From positions 1-18,415 of the forward strand of contig CAXULY010000069.1 in the NCBI GenBank assembly GCA_964252075.1: a stretch of DNA of 18,415 nucleotides, read 5' to 3'. The DNA is from an uncultured Deinococcaceae bacterium (GTDB taxonomy: Bacteria; Deinococcota; Deinococci; Deinococcales; Deinococcaceae). The position numbers and the translations under genes are program-made. Numbering within the stretch: the stretch's first letter is position 1; every line of letters starts with the position of its first letter. Positions 1 through 8,640 of this stretch are shown here, piece after piece. A model generated the notes under the pieces. The model ran no database searches. It saw nothing but the letters and a program-made list of their open reading frames with translations, and was not told where the DNA came from.

Positions 1-155
1 GTGTGCCAGACGTTGTGGCCGAAGTCGCTGAGCTGCTCCTGCGTGAAGAGCGCCTGCGCGTGCGCCCGCGTGCCGAGCAGCAGCGCGAGCACGCCCAGCC
101 AGGCGACCAGGGGAGAGGTGAGGGGCGCGGGGCGGACGGTGGTGCGTGCGTGCAT
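1..155 (-). CDS. Exported/membrane protein with N-terminal signal peptide (partial, runs off left edge)
   Basis: Not in the ORF track because no stop lies in the window. ATG at 155 follows GGAGG (164-160). Translation MHARTTVRPAPLTSPLVAWLGVLALLLGTRAHA|QALFTQEQLSDFGHNVWH has a hydrophobic core and an AxA cleavage motif. Confidence 0.7.
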   Translation of the reverse strand, partial: MHARTTVRPAPLTSPLVAWLGVLALLLGTRAHAQALFTQEQLSDFGHNVWH

Positions 156-218
156 ACGGCCTCCAGGGGCGGTGAGGATTGCTTGCGTTGAACCCGTATT
201 GACTGAGGGGAAGCAATG

Positions 219-241
219 ACAAACCCGCGCTGAGCGCGGGT
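219..241 (-). terminator. GC-rich hairpin, possible intrinsic terminator
   Basis: ACCCGCGC-TGA-GCGCGGGT perfect 8-bp inverted repeat (223-241), followed by TTTGT on the minus strand (weak U tract). Confidence 0.45.
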
Positions 242-374
242 CCTGTTGCTTGATGCTTTGCCGAATGGTGCCGATGATGGCCTGTTGAGGGCGGTGCGGT
301 TGGTGTGCGCCACGTGGGCCTCGCGTTGAGCCGCGCCCCATCCGACCGGCGCGGCCGCCCGCGTACCGTGAGGG

Positions 375-662
375 ATGGCCGGAGCGAGCAATCAGACGAA
401 ACGCGTGACCTACCTCAACGCCAACTGGAGCGCGGGGGACGCCACGACCAACGGTCAGTTCGAGCTGCTGGTCGTGCTGGAGGACGGCGTGCGGGAGAGC
501 GTGCCGCTGACCGCCGTGGACCTGACCGCCATCACATCTCTGGTGCGCGCGCAGTCGGTGCTGCTGTGGGACCCGGAGGCCCGCACGCTGATCGCGGCGA
601 ACCTGCTGGGGGAATGGCTGCAGCAGGACTGGAAAGCGGGCGACGCGCGTGTGTCCCGTTGA
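375..662 (+). CDS. Hypothetical protein, 95 aa
   Basis: GC3-rich codons and protein-like composition; TACCGT -10-like box (364-369) 5 nt before the ATG. Confidence 0.8.
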   Translation: MAGASNQTKRVTYLNANWSAGDATTNGQFELLVVLEDGVRESVPLTAVDLTAITSLVRAQSVLLWDPEARTLIAANLLGEWLQQDWKAGDARVSR

Positions 663-680
663 GGGGCGTGGGGTGCGGCG

Positions 681-1457
681 CTACTCGACGAGCAACAGCG
701 CCCAGAGGTCGTAGGTCAGCTTCGGGTTGAGGATGTAGGCCCACGGGAGCTTGCCGTAGCCGTTCTTGCCCCAGTTCTGGCCCCACCAGTTGGCGAACAT
801 TACACCCTCCTCGTCGTACCCACCCGCCAGGATCGCGTGACCGCCGAGCAGCTGCTCACCCGCCGCGGGGACCGGGATGTTCCCGGTACGCGCGGCCGCG
901 AGGCTCTCAAACGACTGGTACACCGCCACGCCGAGGATCAGCGGCGTGCCGCCGCTGATGGCCGCCATGATGGCCGTCTGCGTCTGCTCGACGCGCTTGT
1001 ACTGCAGCACCTGGTGGTTCAGGCCTTCCGCCAGGACGTTCGCGGGCGGCACCGTGCGGAACTTGCTGATCTCGTACGGCCAGAGGTGCTCGGGCGGCGC
1101 GCCCTGGTCCGCCATGACCTTGAGCATGGTGCGGAGGTTCACGCCGCTGTCCACGTTGATGGTGCCCATCTGGATGCGCGTCTGCACGTACAAGGCCAGG
1201 CGCGACATGCGTTCACTGCCCAGGCCGCGGCCCTTCTGCTGCTCGGCGTACTGCAGGGCGGTGGTGCCGGAATGCGGGCCGCAGCACCCCAGGCGGCCCT
1301 GCTCCGGGAGCGGTGGGAACTTCCGGGTGAGGTCATAGGTTGGGGGCGAGCGCTTCGCGGCGACCTCACTCACCTCGAGCACGTGGTCGCGGGGATCATA
1401 CGGGTCGGGGACGAGGCCGGGCACGAAGTGGGGCGTGGGGGTGTCGGTTCGGGTCAT
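681..1457 (-). CDS. C1 family (papain/xylellain-like) cysteine peptidase
   Basis: QGRLGCC (oxyanion Gln and catalytic Cys region), GGHAILAGGY (His), FANWWGQNWGKNGYG (Asn, NSWG-like), N-terminal PDPYDPRD; AGGAG RBS upstream. Confidence 0.92.
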   Translation of the reverse strand: MTRTDTPTPHFVPGLVPDPYDPRDHVLEVSEVAAKRSPPTYDLTRKFPPLPEQGRLGCCGPHSGTTALQYAEQQKGRGLGSERMSRLALYVQTRIQMGTINVDSGVNLRTMLKVMADQGAPPEHLWPYEISKFRTVPPANVLAEGLNHQVLQYKRVEQTQTAIMAAISGGTPLILGVAVYQSFESLAAARTGNIPVPAAGEQLLGGHAILAGGYDEEGVMFANWWGQNWGKNGYGKLPWAYILNPKLTYDLWALLLVE

Positions 1458-1544
1458 GGCGCTCCTGTCAGGCCCGCAATGGGGCCAAGTGGGTCAAGGC
1501 GGTTTTGAGGCGGGCGCGCGGATGGCCGCGTGCTAGAAGGGGGC

Positions 1545-1991
1545 ATGAGGTTGTTTCTCGCTTCCGTGCTGCTGCTGGCGGGCGTGGCCGGCGCTCAGCT
1601 GACCCCCCCACCCGCCGCGCAGACGCCCAGCGGCGTGACCTACGCGCTGGCGGTGCACCGCGGCTGGGAGGAGCAGGCCACGCCGTTTTGCGATGGGCGC
1701 GCGTACGACAACGCCCGCGCGGCGTACCCGGCGGTGAAGCAGGCGCGCTTCAAGTTCGTGCGGACGTTCGGGTTCACGTCCAGCACCAGTCCCCGCAACG
1801 AGCAGAGCATGCTGGGCTACACGAACAGCGACCTGGACAGCACCTTCCCGTGGCGGGTGGGGCAGTGGATGAGCCGCCAGTACTCCTCAGCGCTTACGCC
1901 GAACTACCTGTACCTGCTGGAATTGCAGGAGGTGCCAGGAAAGTACAACTCCACCTCGAACGTCTGCCTGACCGTCTTCGCCCTGCGCTGA
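1545..1991 (+). CDS. Secreted hypothetical protein
   Basis: MRLFLASVLLLAGVAGA|Q signal peptide; GC3-rich codons; ATG 1545 preferred over GTG 1530. Confidence 0.8.
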   Translation: MRLFLASVLLLAGVAGAQLTPPPAAQTPSGVTYALAVHRGWEEQATPFCDGRAYDNARAAYPAVKQARFKFVRTFGFTSSTSPRNEQSMLGYTNSDLDSTFPWRVGQWMSRQYSSALTPNYLYLLELQEVPGKYNSTSNVCLTVFALR

Positions 1992-1997
1992 GCGTTG

Positions 1998-2560
1998 TCA
2001 GGCCCGTGCGGGCCGCTCGGCGGTGGGATGCGGGTTGGTGGGGTCCGGCGCTTCCTGGGGCGTTGTGGGGACTGTGGTGGGCCGGAGGAACCAGTCGCCG
2101 TCCGCATCCCGTTACAGGCGAGACATGCTGAACCCGCCCGTGCTGCGCACGCGCTTGCGGTCGTCGTCGGTCACGCGACGTCCCGCATGACGCTCGGCTG
2201 CCCCAGAACCTGCGCGATGCGGACTTCCTTCACCGCGACGTTGTGCGCGCTCGGGGACGCGCCCTGCCTCGATGGCACGCGCGCCGCCCGTCGCGCCGCT
2301 GTTGTAGAACACACGCCGTCCAAAACGGGTTCCTGCTGCGGGATCGGCCGTCGCGCTCCAGCGGTGCGCTTTCGCGGCGTACACGTGCTGCGCCTCGAGC
2401 TCCAGGTTGCCGATGTGCAGTTGCGCGTTGCTGAAGTCGTGCGCGAGGACGTTCTCCGGCAGGGGGTTTTCGTTCAGCGCCTCGGGCCAGAACGGGGGAT
2501 GCCTGCGTGGGCGGGAGCGCCGTGCTGAACGCCTAGATGTCCTCACACGCCGCTTCACCG
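1998..2560 (-). pseudogene. Degenerate remnants of one or two small genes
   Basis: Protein-like segments alternate between frames (PENVLAHDFSNAQLHIGNLELEAQHVYAAK; AHNVAVKEVRIAQVLGQPSVMRDVA*). A GTGA-coupled ORF 2174-1998 follows, reading MTDDDRKRVRSTGGFSMSRL*RDADGDWFLRP with an internal TAA at 2114-2112. Confidence 0.35.
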
Positions 2561-2687
2561 TACGGGCTGGATCTGGTCGTGCCGCGCGCTCCATGGGCCG
2601 GCCAAACGAGCAGCGGGGGACCCATCAACGGGTTCAATCCCAGACGGAGGCAAAGGGCTGCTGGCCCTGACATTCGGTCCTCTGGAG

Positions 2688-3093
2688 ACATCGGAATACT
2701 TGGGGGGAATCAGGAAGCGGACCACACCACCTTCGCCCGACCGACGTCGGAATACTTGGGGGAAACGTGGTGATGAGGCGCGCCAGCCGCATTCAAGGCC
2801 GACCTGGCCACTGTGGAAACCCGTCGTGAGCCCCTGCGTGGCTCTCCCCAAGTATTCCGATCGGAGGCGCCCCGCACCATCGGAATACTTGGGGGGAAAA
2901 GCGCGCGGCTCCACCTTTTCCACACCGTGAACATCGGAATACTTGGGGGGTTGGCATCGGAACACTCGGGGGAAAACCCTTGGAAAACATCGGAACACTG
3001 GGGGGGAACGCCATGACCGGGTCGGAACACTCGGGGGAAAACCCTTGGAAAACATCGGAACACTGGGGGGGAAACATCGGCATACTTGGGGGG
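2688..3093. repeat. Iteron array of plasmid replication origin
   Basis: Ten copies of about TCGGAA(T/C)ACT(T/C/G)GGGGG: direct copies starting 2691, 2747, 2880, 2934, 2957, 2990, 3022, 3055, 3077 and one inverted copy at 2846-2860. The array is immediately upstream of the rep gene. Confidence 0.9.
2916..2924 (+). promoter_or_regulatory. DnaA box
   Basis: TTTTCCACA matches TTWTNCACA. A second box with one mismatch lies on the minus strand at 2812-2820. Confidence 0.55.
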
Positions 3094-3135
3094 AAATGAG
3101 TCCTGAAGGCCGACTAGCACGCGCCGCGGCGGGCC

Positions 3136-3192
3136 TTTGATGTTGACATCAATCTGTTTTTCTTTCTTTTAAAACACCACAACAATCAAAAG
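3136..3192. other. AT-rich tract (probable DNA unwinding element) with palindrome
   Basis: TTGATGT-TG-ACATCAA (3137-3152) followed by TCTGTTTTTCTTTCTTTTAAAACACCACAACAATCAAAA, between the iterons and rep, in otherwise very GC-rich DNA. Confidence 0.65.
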
Positions 3193-3239
3193 CGTCACGC
3201 GCTGCAGGCTGCGGCGCCCGACCTGCTACGATCAGGGCG

Positions 3240-4646
3240 ATGGCGCGGCGCAAATCCCCCGGTCCCACCGTGCGGAAATCCAGCGAGCAGATCACCCGCT
3301 TCGACGAGGGCAACATTGCGCGGCTCGGCCTGATCAGCATCCAGGAGCGCATCCCGGCGGACTTCACGTCCTGGGCGGTGGAGTTCAACGTGGAGGGAAC
3401 CGCCGCGCGACTCGCCTGCGTCGCGCCCGCCGAGTACGGCGGCGTTCCGCACGGCCTCGACAACGACGTGTCCCTCGCACTCCTGAACCTGTACATGGAG
3501 GCGGGCAGCCCCGAGAGCGGCGAGTTCACGTGCACCAGCTTCGAACTGCTCAAAAGCATGGGGCTCGACACCAGCGGGCATTACTACGAGGCGGTGCAGC
3601 AGAGCCTCGACCGGCTCAAGGCCGCGACGTATGAGGCGAGCCGGGCGTGGAACGTTGCCGGACGCTGGGTGACCGTGAAGTTCAACTACATCGAGCGCTG
3701 GGAGTATACCTCCGAGGACGGACGGCGCCGGCAGGGCGAGGGCTCCATCGTGCGGGTGCGACTCGCGCAGGAAATCACCCGGAGTGTTCGCGCACAGTAC
3801 ATCAAGCCGCTTGACCGGGCCTTCCTCACCTCTCTGGAGCGCCCCCGCACCCGCGGTCTGTACCGGCTGCTGGACGCGCAGCGCCTCACCCCGGACGGTG
3901 AGATCGTCTCGCAGTTCAGCACCGCGCTGCTCGACTGGGCGCAGGCCTGCAAGATCGTGGACCGCCGCCCAGACAAGATCCGCCGGACGCTCGACCCGTC
4001 GCATGACGAACTGCGCGAGCGGGGGTACCTCGCGGACGTCATTTACACCGGGCGCGGCACGAAGCAGGTGGTGACGTACCTGTTCAGCAGCGCGCCCGCG
4101 GTGGACCCGGCGGACGAGTCGCTCGTGCAGGGCGTCACCGCGCATGGCGTGGTGGGCGCGGTGGCGCGCGGCCTCATCGCGGAGTTCGGCGCGGAGCACA
4201 TCAGGGCGCGCCTCGCCCGTTTCGAGTCGCTGCTGGGAAGCGGGTACCGGCCGCGCTCGAAGGCGGGGTTGCTGGTGGACGTCATCCGCGACACGCAGGG
4301 GAAGTACGCGGACCCGGAGGGCTTCGTGTCGCAGGATCGCGGCGAGGAGCTCGAGCGGCAGCGCCGCGCGCGGCAGGAGCGTGAGGAGCAGCAGCTCACG
4401 TCGGACGATGAACGACGCCGGCAGGAGTTCGAGCGCATGCCGCTGGCACAGCAGGCCGCGCAGGTGGTGAGCGTGGCGGGCACGCTGTTCGGGAAGCGCG
4501 TCCCGGTGCCTGTCCTGGCGCTCCTCGCGGAGGACATCAAGGCGGGCAAGGTCTCCGCGCCGGACATGGTCAGTCGCATCACCCGCGCGGCGATGAACCT
4601 GCAGCTCGAGGACCTCGCGGCGGAATTGATTCGAACGTACCAGTGA
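3240..4646 (+). CDS. repA: Plasmid replication initiator protein A (Deinococcus-type)
   Basis: 468 aa; N-terminal FDEGNIARLGLISIQERIP and GGVPHGLDND motifs, which I recognise from Deinococcus plasmid/chromid initiators. Adjacent to the iterons; extended -10 TGcTACGAT 7 nt before the ATG. Confidence 0.88.
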   Translation: MARRKSPGPTVRKSSEQITRFDEGNIARLGLISIQERIPADFTSWAVEFNVEGTAARLACVAPAEYGGVPHGLDNDVSLALLNLYMEAGSPESGEFTCTSFELLKSMGLDTSGHYYEAVQQSLDRLKAATYEASRAWNVAGRWVTVKFNYIERWEYTSEDGRRRQGEGSIVRVRLAQEITRSVRAQYIKPLDRAFLTSLERPRTRGLYRLLDAQRLTPDGEIVSQFSTALLDWAQACKIVDRRPDKIRRTLDPSHDELRERGYLADVIYTGRGTKQVVTYLFSSAPAVDPADESLVQGVTAHGVVGAVARGLIAEFGAEHIRARLARFESLLGSGYRPRSKAGLLVDVIRDTQGKYADPEGFVSQDRGEELERQRRARQEREEQQLTSDDERRRQEFERMPLAQQAAQVVSVAGTLFGKRVPVPVLALLAEDIKAGKVSAPDMVSRITRAAMNLQLEDLAAELIRTYQ

Positions 4647-5045
4647 ACGGCTGCCTAATCCTGCCTGTTCACGTTGGTGCACTACGAATATATACAAATA
4701 GTCCAAGGCCTTACTTGGTTGGTTTTCATCTCGGTTCTTGTTGGGTCTTTTTACCTTCTGAGACGGTTTTGAGACCGGTTCATGCCTGAAGTTGGGCATG
4801 AGGTGCCCATCCCGCGCGCAGGAGCGCTCCTCTCAGTGTGCCGGTCGACAGACCAATGCAGTCAACGCCACTCAGACCCTGTTACATGATTCGTGATGCA
4901 GCACCGGGGGTATTGACCACCGTTAGGCAACCAGCTTTATTGCGCGGTCGAGACGACGTCAGCATTCCGCCTCAATGTTGTTACAAAGTGTACAAAGACC
5001 CATTTTGTAAAAGAACAGTGAGAGTTATTGCTTCATATTTTGAGC

Positions 5046-7178
5046 ATGCTCCCCCGATCCACCGCTGCGACCCTCGCTGTACCTGAAGACCGCGCGCAGT
5101 TTCTTGAGGCCGTCTTCAGGCATTCGCCGATTGGGAAGGCCCTTGTGGCGCCGGACGGGCAATTCATCGCGGTCAACCCCGCCCTCAGCCGCATGCTGGG
5201 TTTCACGCCAGAACATCTGCAGCGCCTCACCTTTCAAGCAATAACCCACCCAGAAGACCTCCAAGCGGACCTCCTTCTCCTGCAGGAACTCACGTGCGGC
5301 GCGCGCGAACACTACAGCTTGACCAAAAGGTACCTGCACAGAGATGGCCATGTCGTGTGGGTGCAGCTCGACGTCTCGATGGTGACCGAAGAGGGCAGAC
5401 ACCCAGCCTTCTATATCGCGCAGATCCAGGACGTGACGGACCGCCTCCGGCAAGAGCGCGCCTTGGTGGAGCAGAAGGAACTGGCCCGCGTGACCTTGAT
5501 GTCCATCGGGGACAGTGTCATCACCACCGACTCGCACGGCCGCGTGACCTCCCTCAATGCGGTCGCACAGCACATGACCGGCTGGACGCTCCAAGATGCG
5601 CTTGGACACCCCATTGAGGCGGTCATGCCCCTGTTCAATGAAGCCACAGGCGCTGAGCTCATCAACCCGCTGCGCGTGGCGCTTCGTGAGCGGCGCACGG
5701 TGGGCATGGCAACCGGCGCCATGCTCATCTCACGCGACGGCAACCGGTACAGTGTGGAGGACTCCGCCGCCCCCATCATCACCGACGACGGCTCGTTGTT
5801 GGGTGCCGTGATGGTCTTTCACGACGTGACGGAGCAACGGGCGCTGGCGGCGCGCATGGCGCACCTCGCGCAACACGATACGCTGACAGACCTGCCCAAC
5901 CGCACCCTTATGAGGGACCGCGTAGAGCACATGATTCAACTCACCCAGCGGCGACACACCAGCTTCGCGTTGGCGTTTCTGGATCTGGATGGCTTCAAGA
6001 CGGTGAACGACACCTATGGGCATGCCGCCGGTGACGACCTGCTCCGGCAGGTGGCAGGGCGCCTGAAAGGACAGTTGCGGGCCTCCGACACCCTGAGCCG
6101 CCTGGGCGGTGATGAGTTTGTCATCCTACTGCCAGAGCCGATCGCGCTGAACGAGACCCAAGTGGTGATGGACAAGGTCCTCGCCGCCATCCGCGCCCCC
6201 TTCGTCCTGAATGATGGTGAAGTGAGGATCAGCAGCAGTGCCGGGGTGGCCCTGTACCCACAGGACGGCGCCACGGTTGACAACCTGATGAAGCACGCTG
6301 ATGCGGCGATGTACCGCGCCAAAGCCGAAGGGCGCAACCGCGTGTGCTTCTTCAACGCCACGCTCGAAGCGCAGGGGCGTGAGAAATTCCGTCTGAGGCA
6401 GGCGGTGCAGCAGGCGGTGGCGCTGGAGCAGTTTCACCTGGTCTACCAACCCAAGGTGCATGGGGTGACTGGGAAAATCATTGGCGTGGAGGCACTCCTT
6501 CGGTGGACGCTTGATGGCCAGCCCGTCCCGCCAGGGGTGTTTGTCCCGGTGGCGGAAGAGTGTGGCTCAATGCCCGCCCTGGGCACGTGGGTGTTGAGGA
6601 AGGCCTGCCGACAGGGGCAGGCCTGGGCCAAAGCGGGACACCCGGTTCGCGTCGCTGTCAATGTCTCCGCCCTGCAGTTCCAAGAGGGCCTCTTCGTGAA
6701 CGGCGTGCGAGAGGTGCTCTGTGAGACGGGCCTCCCAGCGGACCTGCTGGAACTTGAGGTGACCGAAGGAGTCGTGATGCATGGAATAGAGCGGGTGCGT
6801 CAGGTGCTCGCTGAATTGCGGGGCATCGGTGTGCACGTCTCTATCGATGATTTTGGCACCGGGTATTCGAGCCTCAGCTACCTGCATACCCTTCCGATCG
6901 ATACGCTGAAGATTGACCGGTCATTCGTGAATGGCGCTCTTGAAAGCCCGCAGTGTGACGCGTTGCTGCACAGCATCATCAACATGGGGCGCGCGTTGCA
7001 ATTGCAGGTGCTGGCGGAGGGCGTGGAAACCGAGCAGGAACGACACCACCTCACGGGCGCGGGGTGCGAGCTGATGCAAGGATACCTGTTCTCCCGTCCT
7101 GTGGCGGCAGACGAAATCGGTCGGCTGCTCAGCAGGGACGTTTTGGTGCCGGACGGCGCGGAAGTGAGCAAGCGGTGA
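5046..7178 (+). CDS. PAS-PAS-GGDEF-EAL diguanylate cyclase/phosphodiesterase
   Basis: Two PAS/PAC repeats (ITHPEDL...KRYLHRDGHVVWV; SIGDSVITTD...APIITDDG), HDTLTDLPNR, DLDGFKTVNDTYGH, RxxD I-site (RASD) before GGDEF, EAL motif (VEALLRW), DDFGTGYSSL, EGVETE. Start is either ATG 5046 or TTG 5028. Confidence 0.97.
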   Translation: MLPRSTAATLAVPEDRAQFLEAVFRHSPIGKALVAPDGQFIAVNPALSRMLGFTPEHLQRLTFQAITHPEDLQADLLLLQELTCGAREHYSLTKRYLHRDGHVVWVQLDVSMVTEEGRHPAFYIAQIQDVTDRLRQERALVEQKELARVTLMSIGDSVITTDSHGRVTSLNAVAQHMTGWTLQDALGHPIEAVMPLFNEATGAELINPLRVALRERRTVGMATGAMLISRDGNRYSVEDSAAPIITDDGSLLGAVMVFHDVTEQRALAARMAHLAQHDTLTDLPNRTLMRDRVEHMIQLTQRRHTSFALAFLDLDGFKTVNDTYGHAAGDDLLRQVAGRLKGQLRASDTLSRLGGDEFVILLPEPIALNETQVVMDKVLAAIRAPFVLNDGEVRISSSAGVALYPQDGATVDNLMKHADAAMYRAKAEGRNRVCFFNATLEAQGREKFRLRQAVQQAVALEQFHLVYQPKVHGVTGKIIGVEALLRWTLDGQPVPPGVFVPVAEECGSMPALGTWVLRKACRQGQAWAKAGHPVRVAVNVSALQFQEGLFVNGVREVLCETGLPADLLELEVTEGVVMHGIERVRQVLAELRGIGVHVSIDDFGTGYSSLSYLHTLPIDTLKIDRSFVNGALESPQCDALLHSIINMGRALQLQVLAEGVETEQERHHLTGAGCELMQGYLFSRPVAADEIGRLLSRDVLVPDGAEVSKR

Positions 7179-7242
7179 CGCCACATTCGCATTGATTGAG
7201 GGCAGATGCCTTATGGATCGCAGACCAGTGGGACGGTGGGCA

Positions 7243-7578
7243 TCACCTCTTCCGTACTTCATCAGCGCAGGGTGACGCAACCCCCAACACAAAAAGGCGA
7301 CCCCACGCTCCTGCCGAAACATGGGCGGGGGCGCTATGGTCAGCCCTCTTCGTCGCTGAGGGCGTGAGGGGAAACCCACGCCACGCACTCAGGGCCAGCA
7401 TGCCGACCGCGAAACAGCAAGAGGAGCCGGGATGATCCTGGACTTGGGGCGCAAAGAACCGAATGGGTCCGAAAACGAATGCGAACAGCAGGAGGAGGGG
7501 CGCCCAGTACGACGAGGCCCAGGACATTCCCAATGGTAGCCAGTGAATCGTCTGAACGGTGTCAGGGGCCAGGGACAT
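7243..7578 (-). CDS. Possible small membrane protein or degenerate remnant
   Basis: Hydrophobic stretches (WAPLLLLFAFVFG; FAVGMLALSAW) but weak codon bias; may be frameshifted. Confidence 0.25.
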   Translation of the reverse strand: MSLAPDTVQTIHWLPLGMSWASSYWAPLLLLFAFVFGPIRFFAPQVQDHPGSSCCFAVGMLALSAWRGFPLTPSATKRADHSAPAHVSAGAWGRLFVLGVASPCADEVRKR

Positions 7579-7897
7579 CACCACGATCCACCACACGAAA
7601 AGAGGCCCCTTGCGCTGCCGAAGCAGGAACGGGGGCGCTGAAACAACCACACTGGTCAGAGAGGTGCAAGGGACTCAACCGTCCTAAAACGGACGCTCCA
7701 GGTTCGTTACGCCCCGCTCAGCGCCGGTCGAGAGGCTAGAACCGTGCGGTGAATGGACCGAATGCGCCATGCGTGTACTCTGCGACGCCGTGCGCCACGC
7801 CCCCCTCCAGCAGCCCGAAGGACTTTCCGCCCGGCACCTCCTCTTTCCCATCACGACGCCATCGGAGAAAGGCCTTCACGGTTGTACGCTCGGCAGC

Positions 7898-8152
7898 ATG
7901 AACCCCTGGGCACATCTCTTCCAAGGCGAGTTTGCGCAGCGGGAGGCCATTCTCGCGGAGCTGACCCTTGAACAGGTGACCGATATGAGCCATGGGCAAG
8001 CGCATTCCATTTACGCCGAATAGTGGCACACCGTGCTTTGGCAACGCAGCCTGGTCACGCGCGATGAAGCCTTGCACGAGCGCATCTGGGTACAAGGCGA
8101 GCGTTACCCGGGGTCATCGCCTGCCCGCATGGCCGAGTGGCAGGCACTGGTA
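7898..8152 (+). pseudogene. DinB/YfiT-like family protein, nonsense mutation and 3' truncation
   Basis: TACGCT box 7 nt before ATG 7898. MNPWAHLFQGEFAQREAILAELTLEQV...HSIYAE*WHTVLWQR...EWQALV has a TAG at 8021-8023 in frame with ORF 8033. HSIYxExWH resembles the first His motif of DinB-like proteins; the C-terminal HxxxH motif is absent. Confidence 0.7.
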
Positions 8153-8304
8153 CTGGGGGCGGCGGTGATCTCGGCGAGGGTCTTTTGTAGGAGGGGCTCG
8201 CCCGTGTGGCGGGATTCCCGCACGTGCACCGTCACGCTGCAGAGGAGGGTGGTGAGGAGCGCGGCCAGGCCGATGAGGAGGAAGATGCGGGCGGGGGTCG
8301 GCAC
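8104..8304 (-). CDS. Small single-pass membrane protein, probably 3' truncated
   Basis: AGGAG RBS upstream of GTG 8304; transmembrane segment IFLLIGLAALLTTLLCSVTV. The tail after about 8155 is antisense to the DinB remnant. Confidence 0.5.
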   Translation of the reverse strand: MPTPARIFLLIGLAALLTTLLCSVTVHVRESRHTGEPLLQKTLAEITAAPSTSACHSAMRAGDDPG

Positions 8305-8454
8305 AAGCGCTCCTGAGGGGTGAATCCAGGATACCTGTGCTGAGTCGGAATCCAGTGGTCACATGCGGAATCTCCGGGGCGGTCCTGCTGCGGTCAACGA
8401 GGCGGCCAGCGGTGGATGTGGGTGGTGCACTCAGGGGCGGCGCGTCGGGGCCGC

Positions 8455-8485
8455 AGAAATGCCCGGCACGCAGAGCGTGCGGGGC
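8455..8485 (-). terminator. Hairpin plus short U-rich tail
   Basis: Minus strand GCCC-c-GCACGC-tct-GCGTGC-c-GGGC-ATTTCT. Confidence 0.4.
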
Positions 8486-8563
8486 GGCCTCCAAGCTCAC
8501 TCAGCTGGGTTGTAGCGTGCATGAAGCTTAACGGGTGAGCGGTTGGGACGAGCGCACAGTAGG

Positions 8564-8640
8564 ATCCGCCGGCAGGATTCGAACCTGCGCCCGGTCAGAC
8601 GACATGCTGTGGGCCGACGTGCGCTGCTCGCCCTGGCGGT
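8564..8640 (-). tRNA. tRNA-like element / pseudo-tRNA (no canonical anticodon arm)
   Basis: Perfect T arm GCAGG-TTCGAAT-CCTGC; acceptor-like pairing aCCGCCa/cGGCGGa; D-like stem GGCG/CGTC; 77 nt in total; followed by CCT rather than CCA. Confidence 0.5.

Noticed and set aside
2604..2670. AGCGGGGGACCCA resembling the start of a c-di-AMP (ydaO) riboswitch
   Set aside because: The downstream conserved elements (GGGGnGAAU and ACCCGnCAGCUAAC) are missing.
2688..3093. CRISPR array interpretation of the repeats
   Set aside because: Repeats are about 16-19 bp, the spacers are short, irregular and partly duplicated, one copy is inverted, no cas genes are present, and the array abuts repA.
3195..4799. 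534-aa minus-strand ORF
   Set aside because: Antisense shadow of repA, typical of high-GC DNA; Arg/His-rich with no recognisable motif.
8317..8360. GGGGTGAATCCAGGATACCT resembling the middle of a c-di-AMP riboswitch
   Set aside because: Flanking conserved blocks are absent; better explained as the promoter/RBS region of the minus-strand gene at 8304.
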